DNA of 64,000 nt from the human T2T-CHM13v2.0 reference genome, Homo sapiens: NCBI RefSeq assembly GCF_009914755.1, contig NC_060947.1; one strand, given 5' to 3'. The translations under genes and the position numbers were made by a program. A model generated the notes under the pieces. It was not told where the DNA came from. It did no database searches and saw only the letters and a program-made list of their open reading frames with translations. Of this stretch, positions 13,293-29,488 are shown piece by piece (the stretch's first letter is position 1; each line of letters begins with the position of its first letter).

Positions 13293-14239
13293 TATTTGTT
13301 AAAAGGGTAGATCTCATGTTCAGTGTTTTTACTACAATAAAAAAGGGATATAAGGTAACTTTTGGAGATGATGGGTGCTATTACTTTGATTGTGGTGATG
13401 GTAATAGGGGTATATGCATATGTCTCAATTAATCAAATTGTATATGTCAAATGTGTAATTTTTGTATATCAATTATACCTCAATAAATATCTTTAAAAAA
13501 GTCAGTAACAAGATTAATCAAAGATATTTTTAGACTCATTAGCACATAAATGCACAAGAGGGCACATGCACACAATTAAAATATTTTTCCATTTCTTGAT
13601 ATTTGAAAACTAACATCATATTCTCCTCTTTTATTTTAACCTGATATTTTGGATGCTTTCTTATTTGAGGTGTAATGTGTATCAATATTATATACTAAAA
13701 AGTTTTCACCATTCAAACTTAATCATAGTAAGAGGCAATTTATGAATTATGCAAGACATATGACAGACTTCCAGATGTACCTTTATCACTGTAAACTTAG
13801 GGTTAGGCAAATACATGAGGAAGTGTTCCTCTCCAGAGAGTAATTTAAAATTAAAGCTGGGCACTGAATTCTCATTTAAATTTTATGAAATTATGAGGCA
13901 AAAAATCTCCAATGCTTTTTTATTTCTATAAATCTAAAGTGAATCACCAGGGAAATTTATTTTGGTGATTTTCTATTAAGTCTATTAAATGGCTAGAAGG
14001 GTAAAACATTCTGACACACAAATCAAACGATTAAGCCAATATAATAAGTATTTGATCTTTTATATACTATGTATGTGCCATTTAGAGAGAAAATGGCATC
14101 CCAGTTGCTTTTGTTTGAGAAGCTTCTGTTTAATTACAATAAACAGGTTTTCCTTAAAATAGATGAAAATATACATTGTAAAAGTGAAACACAAACTGAC
14201 TGATTTAAAGAAATACTTCATGATTGAAATTTGTAAAGC

Positions 14240-14587
14240 AGTGGTTCTCACTTTCCAGTGTGCATAATAATCACCCAGGGTGCTTATTTAAAATGCAGAT
14301 TCCCCAGGTTTTACCTGCAGGCACTGGGATTAGATAGGTCTGTTATAAATCCTAGGACCTGCATTTAAAACATACCCCCAGGTACTTTTGATATGAGTTG
14401 TCCATACATTCACTCTGAGAAATCCTGTCCTAGGCCTGTTCTCTAACTTTATTCTGTGGAGAAATCCCCTGAGGATGTTAAAATGCAAATTCTGACTCAG
14501 TAGTTCTTGAAGGTACGTGAGGATTCTAACATGTTCCCAGATGAGGTCAATGCTTGTGGTCTGTGGGCCACACTTTGAGAAGCAAGT
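14240..14587. mobile_element. Two adjacent MER5-family (hAT-Charlie) elements
   Basis: CAGTGGTTCTCA..AATCACC..AAAATGCAGATTC..CACACTTTGAGAAGCAAG motifs. Confidence 0.75.
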
Positions 14588-16126
14588 TTCTAAAACCTAA
14601 ATATTTGTCAAATATTCTAGGAAACAACACTCTCAGAGCTAAAATTAAATAACGTCAAAGTCATTAATCTGTAATCACCAAGGAAATGCTTAGCAACAAA
14701 TAAATCAGCTAAGTGGCTGTGGAGTATGTGTATGTGGGGAGGGTGAGTCAAAGATTTTTAAGTGCTAGAAAGGGGGTTAGTTAGTGACTATGCCAATTAA
14801 GGATTAAAAAATATCACTTTAGAGAAGACTTGAAGAGTACATAGACCTGTACATGTTGGATTTAATTCAAGTCCCACTATTCATTGGACAGAAAAGTGCC
14901 TTCAGTTAGGTCCAGTGAGTGTCACTCAAAGGTAATCATACTTTTTCAGCTTCCGCTGGCTAGAACAGTTGTGACAAAGCACAACATTCAGTTTTGCATC
15001 CCCCAGTCAAATGCTGCTGCAGATGAGAAATTTTTTAAACACTGCTAATGGAGAATCTGTTCAGCAAAACAAGGCAGATGATCATGAAGTCGTAAGTTTG
15101 ATTAGCAGGTTTCCTTTCTAAGTTTTCCTAAGTGCCCTCTTCCCAACATCGTTACTTCTGTTTTCATCTTATGTTAAGAAATTCATTCAACAGTTGATAG
15201 AACCCAGTTTCAGTCTCTTGATCTAAAAACAAACCAACCTAATATTGACTGCTTTATGTGCTGAGTGAAGAAGAAACCCTGTTTACCATTCACTTCCCTG
15301 AGTTGCAGCCGTCAGACTTGAGGCTCCCACCCCATGCTCAGTTGGCTGAGCATATAAAAGCCATAGTTTCCTTAGGGAATCCATGAAATACACGTGTTAA
15401 GTTAGGTAAGTATATAATTATATGCAATACCAAATACTTTGACAAATGTTAGGATATGTAAAATTTTGTGAATATTAATAGTTTGAAGAAAGCATTCCAG
15501 TAACTCCCTCAGGTAGTATCAATCCTGGAAAAACTATAAATGTGAAAGGAAACATGTATTTCAGGAACTTACACACAGATGCAATGGACCTGGAGAGAAG
15601 GAAAGCTGTTTAGAACTGAGGTTGGGCAGAAAGTGAGTGACTGCAGGTGGCAAGAAGGAAGCCATGAGAGGGGGGCCTGGAGAATCATTTTAAGTTCTGT
15701 TTTTTTGCTTCTCACCACAGTTGTCTAAGGACAATCACCATCTTCCCCTTCACTGCAGAAAAAAGCATCAGTAGGCTGGATGTGTGGATGCCTGATTCCA
15801 CAAGATTGGGTGAGAAGGTGACACAAAAAGGGGGCAGATGGACTCCTCAGACAGTCACCCCTCACCCACTTTTTCCAGTTCCCAATGGCTGGTGGATTAC
15901 AATATTAGGGCCTCGCGCTGCTGCTGAATTTGCCTGGTGAGTGAGCATCAAACAGGAGTGAGCGATAGCAATTTATATGATGCCTAAGGCTTTGCAACCT
16001 GGCAAGTGATCTCTTCCCTGTCCTTAAATTCCCTGGGACTGACACGGACCACATTGAGCCTTAGGAATTTCTCCAGTACTCAGGACCAGACAAAGTGGCT
16101 GATGCTTCATCCCCATGTGAGTTTAC

Positions 16127-16851
16127 TGTAACTGCCTGCCGCCTGAGAGGTTCTTCCTGCCCACTACATAAAGAAAGACCACGACATTGTAGTATAGAAA
16201 GAGTTTAATAGACATGAGGCTAGCCACATCACATGGAAGACAGAGTTGGTACTCAAATCATCTCATTCAAAGCTCCTACGTTAGGGGTTTTTCAAATGCA
16301 GTTTGGGGGAAGGAGTTAGGGGTGACCAGGTAACAGGTGCTTGCTTCTGATTGGTTGGAGCAGAGATGAAATCATAGGGGGTCAAGGCTATCCTGCCAGC
16401 TGAATCGCTTCGGGGTGGGGCCACAGGAGCTGGGTTGGCAGGTCCAGTTGGAGCCATGGGTGTCAGACATGCAAAAAACCTGAAAATATATCTCAAAAGG
16501 CCAATCTACAATAGTGGTGTCATTTGCAGGAGTAACTGGGGAAGTTGCATATCTTAAAACCTCTGGAGTAATGGCTGACAATCGTTCATGGCTGAGCCTT
16601 AGCAGCACATAAGTTCCTCCCCTCCCTCCAGCCTGATGGCCTCCCACTAGGATTACAAAAGTGGCTGAGTTTGGGGGTAAGGCCTATTATCATTTAAACT
16701 ATAGCCTAAATGTCTTTGAAAGTCAGCTTGTGCCAGTAGCCCAGGAATAATTAAGGGAAAGGCAAGATGGGTAGTGGGGAGGGGTGGGTAGCTCAGATTT
16801 CTTTCACGGTCATAATTTTCTCACTGATATAATTTCTGCAAAGATATTTCA
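16127..16851 (-). mobile_element. ERV1 LTR (MER50/LTR8 group)
   Basis: Minus strand starts TGAAATATCTTTGCAGAAATTATATCAGTGAGAAAATTATGAC and ends GGCAGTTACA. Confidence 0.75.
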
Positions 16852-16922
16852 TATGTTTTTATAGATGATATATATCATATATAATATTTATTATATATTA
16901 TATATATTTCTGCAAAGATACG

Positions 16923-16926
<4 letters not shown>

Positions 16927-16960
<34 letters not shown>

Positions 16961-17058
16961 AATACACCTGACATAAGGAAGAGACAGGAGTGTGTGTATG
17001 TGTGTGTGTGAATGTGTGTGCTCATGAATATTTATCTGTATGTGAGAGTGTGTGTGTG
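16927..17058. repeat. (TA)n followed by imperfect (TG)n microsatellites
   Basis: Seen directly. Confidence 0.9.
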
Positions 17059-17653
17059 GCATGCCTGTGTTTATAATGTGGTGGTTACACTGACAGAATT
17101 ATATTCTAATAAAAGCACAGATATACAATTTAAACCTCAAATTATCCAAAAAAATAAAGAAAATATTCTAGAAATTTTAGTTTTAGACTGATTACATCCT
17201 TGCCTTATTTCATTTCTCCATTATGATGTAATCTACTTCCTGGTGACTTAAGACCATGCATAGGCAGTTGGGGGAAGTACAAAAAGTTGCATGAGCTTCA
17301 GGCTTCTCTAACCCAGAGCCACATTAATGACAGGCTAAAACCAGCCCTGTCACTTAGCCACATGTGACAAAGCAATGTCCTGTTTCAGAGAATTTGTGTG
17401 AGAAAATCGGGAAGTGTACATGTTGATTATTCAGCAGGAAATAAGATCACACCACACATCTCAGTGACAAATGCTCACTTCCTATTCTGAGCATCATTGT
17501 CGTATAAGCCACTCTGTCCATACAAGCATCTCAATGCCCTCCTCACACAACTAGCCATCACTCAACCCTCCTACAGTCATTCCTTCTACTTGCCACTCTT
17601 GACCTGCACACCTAAAATTCTTTATAATCCATTTGGAAGTCTGGCGATATAAT

Positions 17654-18341
17654 TGAGACTGACAAAGAATCCATATGGATCTGCAGCAACCTCAATTCTT
17701 CCCTCCTCAGAAGAAAGAATTTGACTGAGGGGCATAGGGCAAATTGAGAGACTGAGGCAAGTTTTAGAGCAAGAGTGAAAGTTTATTAAAAAGCTTTAGA
17801 GTAGGAACAAAAGGAAGTAAAGTACATTTGGAAGAGGGCCAAGCAAGTGACTTGTGAGATCAAGTGCATAGTTTAACTTTTGCCTTAGGGTTTTATGTGT
17901 TGGCATACTTCTGTGGTCTTTCATCTCTTTTCTCTTGATACCTCCCTCGGGGTGGGCTGTCCTCATGTGCAGTGGCCTGCCAGCACTTGGAGGGGCCACA
18001 TGTGCAATGTGTTTACTAAAATTGTGCACATGCTCACTTGAGGTGTTCCCTTTCAGACGAGTGTTCCTATATATCAGTTAAACTCTGCCATTTTGCCTCT
18101 TAGTGCACATGCTGGAGCCCATTTGCCCAACTCCTGAGATCTTACCAGGAAGCTGCTGATCACCAGTTTCAGGTTTTTCCTATCTGTTGGGAGACTGCCT
18201 TTCCTTGGCACTGGCTGTGACCAATTATTAGTTTAGAGAAGCAGTTTAGCAACCACCTGACCATCACCTGATGGTTCTTTGACATTCCTGGTGGTCGAGG
18301 GGCATGCCCTGCTCATGTCTGACTAGCTACCTACTGTAACA
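17654..18341 (-). mobile_element. LTR9-like ERV1 solo LTR
   Basis: Minus strand starts TGTTACAGTAGGTAGCTAGTCAGACATGAGCAGGGCA; 4-bp TSD TAAT (17650-17653 and 18342-18345). Confidence 0.85.
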
Positions 18342-20019
18342 TAATGAATTTATTTACCATACATCCATGCTAGAAAATAATATTTAGATAAGATAATGGC
18401 TACAAAAAGTCAATTATAATAATGTCACAACCATTTTATAGAGATTTAAAAATCTCTGTTCCCCACTCTTTGAGATATAAACACTTAGAACACTGTTTGG
18501 AACATCATCGCCTCTCAAATGCCAGCATTAGTCTTATCCTTATAATAGATTTGCTCCACAGAACACTCAAGAAAGTGATGAATGTTTCCATCAGAGAAGA
18601 CAAAAGTATTTTGTCTATAGATCACCATCCCTTAATCTAAACAGAAACATAGAAATAGGTCCTGGACTGCTTTAACTTAAATCACAAGTCTCCGTGGCAG
18701 AAGGGTATGTAAGTTACTACATGCATAGCGAATGACTCTTTCATGAAAAGCGCAAATGTGATCCTAAAAAGCTGATCTTAAAGCAACACTTGATATACAT
18801 TCTTTCAACTTCTATTATAAAATTAGGGACTTGTTTTCTCAGAAAGAGTATCAGAGCAATAATGTCAGAGGCACAGAAGCCAAATAATTGTGTACATGTA
18901 AATAATGTGCACATCTGTGTGTCTGTACATACGCATGATCTCAAGGAACAAGAGTTGCCTAGAGATAAAACTTGGAAGAAGAGCCGTTTCTGTGATACTC
19001 CTTGGCTTGAGAAGAGAAGAAAAGAAATACAAAATTGAGGACTTCACCTTTAAGTAACAGTCATTGTAGTTCCTCCTGTTGCATTCTTGGGTTTGGAAAT
19101 CAATAGCAGTGAAGCTTCAGCAGGACGAAGGAAGCAGCTGGTGCATTTCACAGTGATATTTATTTGAGTTCTTTTGAATAAAAGATATAAGAGGAAATAT
19201 TTTGTTTTGAGAAAGATGATGAACAAGCATCTGTTCAGTATAGACTTTGTGCCCAGTGCCTACACCCTTCAATGTACTCACTTCTACAGTAAAATTAAAG
19301 ACTGTTGCAGTTCTCAAGAAGCATAAAATGTAGTTATTATCATCAGTTAAGACATCTTGATCCAGTCTGTAAAATCTGAAGATAAGTTCCGAATATATAA
19401 TCTCGCAAATAAAGGATTTTCTAACAGCAAGCCATAGGAAATTATACATGTATTGTGGTGTTTGAAATTCATAGGACATTCTGTGCTACTGTTTATGCAA
19501 ATACTTTGTCATGTCACTGGTATTTGGTAATATGGAGAAAAAAATAAGAAAGATTTTTAAAAATGTGTAAAGCCATTACAGAAAATAACATTCAAAACTC
19601 AAAACTAAACAATGGTAGATAATGGTAACTGTCAATTATAAAAATGAATAAAGAAAATATGTTCATCTTACTGAATCTTTAATTTAGGAGTCTAAAACAC
19701 AGTATATAGTAAAAAGGCTATGGAGGAGGACACTCCATTCACCAGTTTGTGGGAAATTACTATAGCACAGCATCTTGACAACTTTGCATGATTCTACATA
19801 GGCTGTATACTATTTTAGCTTTTTGAGGTGCAGTAATTAGGAAAAAAAACCATATTATTCCTAATCTCCTGGATTTTACATTCTCTAGGACATGCCCGAT
19901 ATTGATTACATCATTATTAAATAAATTTGAAAACCACAAATCATGCATGTGACATCCAGGAAGTAATATGAGAACATATAATAGGGAGTGTGATATAGTC
20001 TGATGGGTTAGAGGTAGTG

Positions 20020-20530
20020 ACATATTAGGTGGGAAATGAAGGATGGGAATGAGTTAGCCAGACTGAGCAGGGGAGGAAAAAAGACATCCAAGGCCTCTGC
20101 TATGGAGGAGTATAATGTGTTTGAAGAATTAATCAAAAGCAAATAGTTAAGGCTTAGAGAGCAAGGGCGTTACTGATGCCAGATATAGCCAAGATAAAGC
20201 CATGAAAGGCTGCGTGTTGAGATACTCAGTCTATATCCTAATGGCAATGGAAAGCTATTGAAATATTTTAAGCAGAAGAGTAACAAGATCAAATTTCCAT
20301 TTAAAAAAAGACTGTGGCTCTAATATAGGGGATGTATTGCTGAGAAGCCTTTTAGGAGTCTTTTGTGGCAATCTAGTTTAGAGATAATGATATACAAATT
20401 AGGGTGGAAGAGATGGGAAATAGGAAAAGATGCCAAATGTAAGATATATTTGGTAAAATCAACAGGACCTGATAATGGATTAGATCTTCATGGAAGTTGA
20501 TGAAAAAAGAAGTGTTCAAGAGTGACCATA
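20020..20530 (-). mobile_element. L2 fragment
   Basis: Purine-rich, with GGCAATGGAAAGCTATTGAA..TTTAAGCAG and AAATCAACAGGACCTGATAATGGATTAGAT, typical of antisense L2. Confidence 0.6.
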
Positions 20531-21579
20531 GACTAAATAACATGCACTTAATAAATGTTTTTATGGTCCCATACTTAAGTCCTATATTATGCGTTGTATA
20601 ATGCATTGTATTTTTTGTATTAGGCCAATGGCTGGTTTTAGAACCAAGAAGATTTAGGTTTGTCTTGCATATAGTAATTCCTTTTTCATTTAAAAAATTC
20701 GTATAGTCATATTGAATCATGTAAATGACAATGACTCCTTTCTGAAGATATTAGCAAGTTCAGAATCAAACATGTGATCCACTTCAAGGAAGTGCCCTGG
20801 GTCTCCAGGTATTTATATCATAATGATAGGCTTCATTTTAATTTCTTTACTTTTCATTTTCTTTTGATGGCTCAATGAGAATAATGAGGAAAAAAAGAGT
20901 CAGAATTGTTTGTTAAAAACTCTAATTCACTTTCATGACAATCGCTGTATGGTTGTAGCTAAATTTAGGCATTAAGTCAGAAGGAGATATAAATATGTTT
21001 GTGCACATCCTGGTGTAGCTATTTAATCTTTTCTATATAAATGCTGTCTCTTAAGATGTGAATTCACAGCTGACAGAAAGAGCCACTATTAATTGTGATT
21101 TGGACAGGATTTAAAAAAGAAAGTGATATAAATTGGTAGATAATTATATAATTTTGATAATGATAAAGCTCAGAATTGCTTTTTTCTTATTAAAGAAAAT
21201 AAAATATTTTCCAATCTCTTCTTATAAAAATCCAAGAATTTAAAATTATTTACTTAGCCAAGGATAAGAGACATTTAAAGAGCAATTTAATAATACTATT
21301 TGAATCCATATAACAGAATTCAGCCTAGAAAGTGCGAATAATTCTTTTCTGCGTGTATATTGTCAAGAATTGCCTCTTCTCTGAACCCTTCCTTCGTTTC
21401 CCCCCAAATACTCAAATGCTTCTTTTTCCGTTTTCTTTTAGTTATCTATACATATCTTAAATATAGCCATTGTCAAATTATATCCTTATTGTCTATTTGC
21501 TTATCTGGCACTCTGCTGGACTGCAAACACTTGCAAATAGCATTTCATCTTTGAATCACCAGCATTTCAGATTTAGAGT

Positions 21580-21770
21580 GGAGGAAGGAACAAATACTTA
21601 TTGATTGTGTCCTATATTTTACAGTTAAAGCACTAAATGTTTTACCTACATAATCATATTTATTATTGACAACACTGTAGGCAAATATTCTGATCTTCAT
21701 TTTACAAATAGGGAAACTGAGTCTGGGTCATAGAGCCTCTACATGTCAGAACTGAAGCCCGGAATTTAAA
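21580..21770 (-). mobile_element. MIR
   Basis: CATTTTACAAATAGGGAAACTGAG core motif. Confidence 0.6.
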
Positions 21771-23289
21771 TATTAAATGACATGAGAGAACCCTGCTAGA
21801 TCACAATTGCATCTGAAACTAGATGTCTCATCTCTTCCAAATAGAAACCTCATTAAAAGTAAAACAAAATATTTAAAAGAAAAAGGCAGCTATTTAGAAG
21901 GAACCATCAATGAGCATCTGCACAGAGGCTGACAAGGGAAATAAAACTGCCGTGTAGACTCCTGGAGAAGCCATCAGTGTCCAGAAATGCCCATTCACTT
22001 GGAGAGAAGGATGGGGCTCAGACAATATCACGCTCCTCAAGGACATTTTATGCAGACAACTGAGCATAGAAACAGAATGTTTTCCACCCTAAAGTAAAGC
22101 CTTCCAATTGACAAACCTGTGCAAATACAACATCATAATTTACTTTTCTATTGCTTCTTTATAAAATACAAATGGATAAGAAAGAATCACAAACCGTTAC
22201 AGTAAGTACTCCAAAATGAAACACTGAGATCAAGATAAACAAATGTAACAATTAACCTCAGAGAAAATAGATATAATTTAGTTAACAGATGAGAACTTAA
22301 AAACATAATTATCATTAATATCATCAAGAATATTAATGAAGATATTGTAACCCCAGTTTAAGAATAGGATAGTATGAAATAGGCATAATCAGATAACAAA
22401 AACTATCCGTTGGATATTTATATATCCAAGAGCAAAAGTCATAGTACTAGCAGTAAACTTTCCAGGAGGCCTGGGAAGCAATAGGTCTAAATGAGAGTAG
22501 CGCAAATTGATACAGAAGGGTAGTATACTAGAAGGAAAGAACTCCAGAGACTAGGTATAATTCTTTCAAATTCACTGGCATTCTCATCTTACAATGGGGA
22601 AGTGAAGACATACTGTATATACTGGTGGAATAAAAATATAGATAAAAGTACAAATTTTACTATTGCAAAGTAACCAAGATAAGATAAAAAGAGGAATGTT
22701 TTGGAGGTGATGATAACATTGAGGGGAAATAAACTAGATTCTAAGGTATAGATAAAAGTCAATATATTATATAAAATATTGATACACATATAGTGCCATA
22801 TATATGGACTATTTAGAGATAGAGGATATTACAGGAAAAACTAAAATCAAACATAATTAAACAAATTAAAGTAGTTGACTCTGGGAATTGGATTTCTAGC
22901 AGCAGAAACTTTTCATTTATTTTTTAAGTACATGCTTATAATACACAGAAAAAAATACTATGGGAATAAGAGGATAACACAAATATGAGTAAAATATGAG
23001 TGCAATATGAATACATGTATGTATGACTACATGTGTAACTGTGCATGTATGTATGGTCACTGAATGTTCATTTGTCATTGCAGTCAAAGTTTCAAGTATA
23101 TATGTATACATTCTCCTATAAAAAGTAAAACTGTGAATAAACAGAAATAAAGCACTGCTAAGAAAGTGATGATAGTCTGTTAGGTTCACTCAAGAGATGT
23201 ATTATCAAAAACTAGCTCTGTTAAAGAATATGATTAAGTTCTGTTTCAGTTACACACACATATTAGTTATAGGCCTAACATATGGGAGA

Positions 23290-23550
23290 CAGGCTTATAA
23301 GAGTGCCATATCTGGACTTAGATTGCCTATGTTTGAATCTATATTCCAACACTTAGTAGCTGTGGGATCTTTGAAAAGAAAATTAATGTTTTGTGGTTCA
23401 ATTGTATTTTGAAAATGTAGATTTTCATTTTTAATGTAGATTAAAAATGTAAAATGTAGATTTTCATATTAATGGTTAAATATGAAAATCTACACAAAGT
23501 GCATGCTGTATACACGTGGTACATAGTAGATGTTCAATAAATAATAGATA
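23290..23550 (+). mobile_element. MIR containing a locally generated inverted repeat
   Basis: GTTTGAATC..CACTTAGTAGCTGTG core and TGGTACATAGTAGATGTTCAATAAAT tail. Confidence 0.6.
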
Positions 23551-23782
23551 TTAATATTTACTATATAATGTGGTTATCATATATATGAATATACATATGT
23601 ATTATAAGCACAAATGTGTGCATAAAAAAACAATAAATGGTCCAACATGCTTAGTTGTATTTATCTGAAAGGTATTTGTATTTCTTTACGTATTTTTCTG
23701 TATTTTCAATTTTTAACAGTATGCCAGATTTACATTTGTAATCAGAAAAATATATGGCATTTGTTTAATTAACAGAACAATT

Positions 23783-23908
23783 ACCTATTGGGTAATTAAG
23801 TTCTGGGTGATGGCTACACTAAAAGTCCAGACTTCATCACTGTATAATTCATCCATGAAACAAAAAACCACTTGTACCCCTAAATCTACTGAAATAAATA
23901 TTTAAAAA
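23783..23908 (+). mobile_element. L1MA/L1PB 3' end with A-tail
   Basis: GGGTGATGGCTACACTAAAAGTCCAGACTTCA..CACTTGTACCCCTAAATCTA followed by an A-rich tail. Confidence 0.75.
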
Positions 23909-25963
23909 AGAAAAAAAGGAAAAAAAAGATCTTAAGCTGACACAGTAGAGGTTTAGTGTGGTTATCAGAAATAATTTCTCATATTGAGATCTTTTAGCTA
24001 CTGGAATAGAATATCAGGTTTATGAAATTTTGCTTTTTGGAAACCTTAAAGCTGTACAATTATATAATCCTATTTGAAGGTTGGAGAACAGACCTCAGAT
24101 TTTCAAAGCCCTAACAAGTTCAATGGTATTGGGATAGTATCCAAATTAACTTGTATTATCAAAGTCATCTTTTATAATGGACATATTGAAGTATAGCTAC
24201 TTATGTGTCTAGAAAATGAGTGGGTTGCTTTAATAAGAATTTAATTCTGGGATTTCATTCATAACATGGACATAGTTGAGAAGATCATTACTTTTCTCAA
24301 ATTTAATTAATCTGAATACAGTCATGACCATTAATAATCAGATTTGATGGTGAAATAATAATCCTTTTAGAAACAAGTATGCACTGAAGTAAACAACCAC
24401 AGGCTAATGACACAAAGTTCAGGCAAGTTCACTGTTGCAACTGGGTTGCAGTTATTTTATTTACAATTTAAACTTGACCCCAGTCCAATTATTTTCATGT
24501 TTTGTGTATTAGAAGTTATAAATATTACAGTTAAAAAAGACAGGCAAATACATAATTAAATACCAAATAAATAACAAATTACTTTTAGTCGTTATAATCC
24601 GTCTCCTTTCACTGAGAAAAAATAATTGAAGTCAAACAACTAAAATGCAAGACTAAAGTACATCAGTGGTTATCAAATTTGTTAACTCTTTAGTACTGAC
24701 AAGGCTATTTTAATATAATTCTTGTATTATTTAATATGACGAATTACCATCATTAACACCTATTGATATATCAAATGACATTTGTTAATCCAGGAAGAGT
24801 CATGCATTAGGTTATATTTATATTACCAAGACTATTTCCTGGGGTTCTCCTTCATACCTTATTTTGTTATATATAGTTGTAATTAACAAACTCTTTAATT
24901 AGTTTAAGAATTTGGATTTTGCACTAAATATATTTCCCCCTTTGTTTTAATTTCCTAGGAAATATTTAAGACACACAAATATGCATACAAAATAATTTAA
25001 TGAGCACCTGTGTAACCAACATCACAACTGAGAAACAAAATATTGTCAGTATTGTTTAGACACCTCCTGTACCTCTACTCAATATAATAATAATAAAAGA
25101 GGGTATAACCCTCTTTCCTGACCACCTCATCAAAATAAGGCCTTTCCTGGATTTTGTATTAAACAACCTTGTTGCATTTTTTACACTTTTACTATATATA
25201 AATGTGTCCATATACAAAAAAGTATTTTTCATGTTTCCTAATTTTACATAAGCATAACTTAATTTTTAGTGATTTTTGAGTTTTTGGATTTTTCCATTGA
25301 TATTATGCTTTCAACAACTATCCATGTTGATTCCAGCAGCTTTGATTCATTCATTTTCTCTAAATCTAATTTCCCATTATATATTTTAACATATTCTCCA
25401 TACAAATGATACTTTTTTAACAAGTGTTTTGGTATCAGAGAGATGCTAGTAGCATTCTTATACATTTCTCCATGTGTAAATGTGCTATAGTTACCCTAGG
25501 ATACATACCCAAAGGCAGATTTGATATTTCACAGACATTCTTCATATTCAAATAAATATGCTCTTGAAAAATGGCTCTACAAGATGATTATTTTGATATA
25601 CTCACTATCAATGATATCCCTAACCCAATGCCTTATTGCTAGACTTTATGGCCATTTCAGTTTCTTCTTTGGTGAATTCTTGTTTATGTCTTTAGCCTTT
25701 TTGTTTTTTGTTTTTTTTGCAATAGGATTGTTGGAATTTTAGTTCTTTATGTTTCTGAGTATTAATCCACTGTTATTTATATTTATTGAAAAAAATTTAC
25801 CAGACTATAGCTCATCTTTCCACAATATTCATAGCTTTATTTAAACTTTATTTTGAGCTAACTATAGACTCTCAAGATTTACCAAAGGAGTACATACAGA
25901 GTGAACCCAGGTTGCCCCAGTGGTGTATATGTTCCTAGTTTGTTTAGTTTTTAAAGAAATACC

Positions 25964-26291
<328 letters not shown>

Positions 26292-26294
26292 GTA

Positions 26295-28244
<1,950 letters not shown>

Positions 28245-28450
28245 TAAGCAGAAGCAAGAGAGGTAAGCAGAAGCAAGAGCGCTAAGTCCTTACCAGCAGC
28301 TAAGGTAAGGAAACTTAATGAGAAAGGAGGAGACAGTCTAACCTACAACAGAAGTAGTAACACAGGGTCTGACCCTTCCTACTGTGCTGTGAACCTTGGA
28401 AAGCTTTTAGCTGGCCTGGCTTCCTGTCTGTTCCACCCACACATATTATC

Positions 28451-29488
28451 ATGCCCTGTGACAAAAAGCACCCATCCTTCCCACATGAACAACACTTTGA
28501 GGCTCCCAGAGAGACCCAGGGCCTGGAGAGTGCACAGGTCTCAGAGGCTGCAAATGAGGCTTCCTCTTCATCCTCCTGTTCTTTGATACCCTGGAAGAGG
28601 CTTCTACCCCTAAGATGCCCAGTATACTCTAGGATCCTCAGATTGCCAACTCCTCTTCCTTCACCTCATTGAGCAAATCAGATAATGTCTCCAGCAGCCA
28701 AGAAGAGGGGAAATAAATCCAAGCACCTTGCAGTCCCCACCAGATACTGAGAACTTGCCCATACTTCCTCTAGATGAAAAAGTGGAATTGTCAAAGTCCT
28801 GCTGCTCAAGTATGAAAATGAACAAGGCCATAAGAATGGCAGAAAGGCTGAAGAATGTCATCAGGAAATACAAAAACCACTTCTCTGGAATGCTCAGGAG
28901 AGCCTCTGAGCATATGGAGCTACCCTTTGACACTGAAATAAAGAAAGTGGACTTCATCAACCACTGCTATGCTCTTGTCAACAAACTGGACCTCAGCTAT
29001 GGTGGGATGCTGAGTAATAAGAAAGGCATGCCCAAGACTAGGCTCCCAATTCTTATCTTGTGTGGGATCATGATGAAGGACAACTGTGCCTTTGAGGAAG
29101 AGATCTGGGAAGTGTTGAATATGATAGACACATATTTTTGGAGGAAGTTCTTCATCTTTGGGGAGTCAAGGAATTTTATCATCAAAGATTTGGTGAAGTA
29201 AAAGCAGCTGCAGTACTGGCAGGTGTCCAATAGTGATCCTACACGATATGAGTTCCTGTGGGGGCCCAAGAATCCAGGCTGAAACCAGCAAGATGAAACT
29301 AGACTTTTCATGCTAGAGTTCTGGCCAAGATTAATGAGTCTTACTCTTGTTACTTCCCATCCGAGTACAAGGAGGATTTGAAAGATGGGAAAGAGAGAAC
29401 CTGAGTCAACACTGCAGGCAAGTCTGGCTCCACTTTCATGGCTTATGCGAGTTCCAGTGCCATGTTCAGCAGCTTCTCCCAGCTCTAG
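28451..29488 (+). pseudogene. MAGE family (MAGE-A/MAGEA13P-like) pseudogene
   Basis: ATG at 28451 opens MPCDKK..ETQGLESAQV..ASSSSSCSLIP, a MAGE N-terminus. The MAGE homology domain follows in another frame: PLDEKVEL..KNVIRKYKNHF..RASEHMEL..HCYALVNKLDLSYGGMLS..GMPKT..EEEIWEVLN..GESRNFIIKDLV, then a premature TAA (29199-29201) and QYWQVSNSDPTRYEFLWGP. It ends SSFSQL* at 29488 after several frameshifts. A MAGE-like 3'UTR runs to ~29730. Confidence 0.95.
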
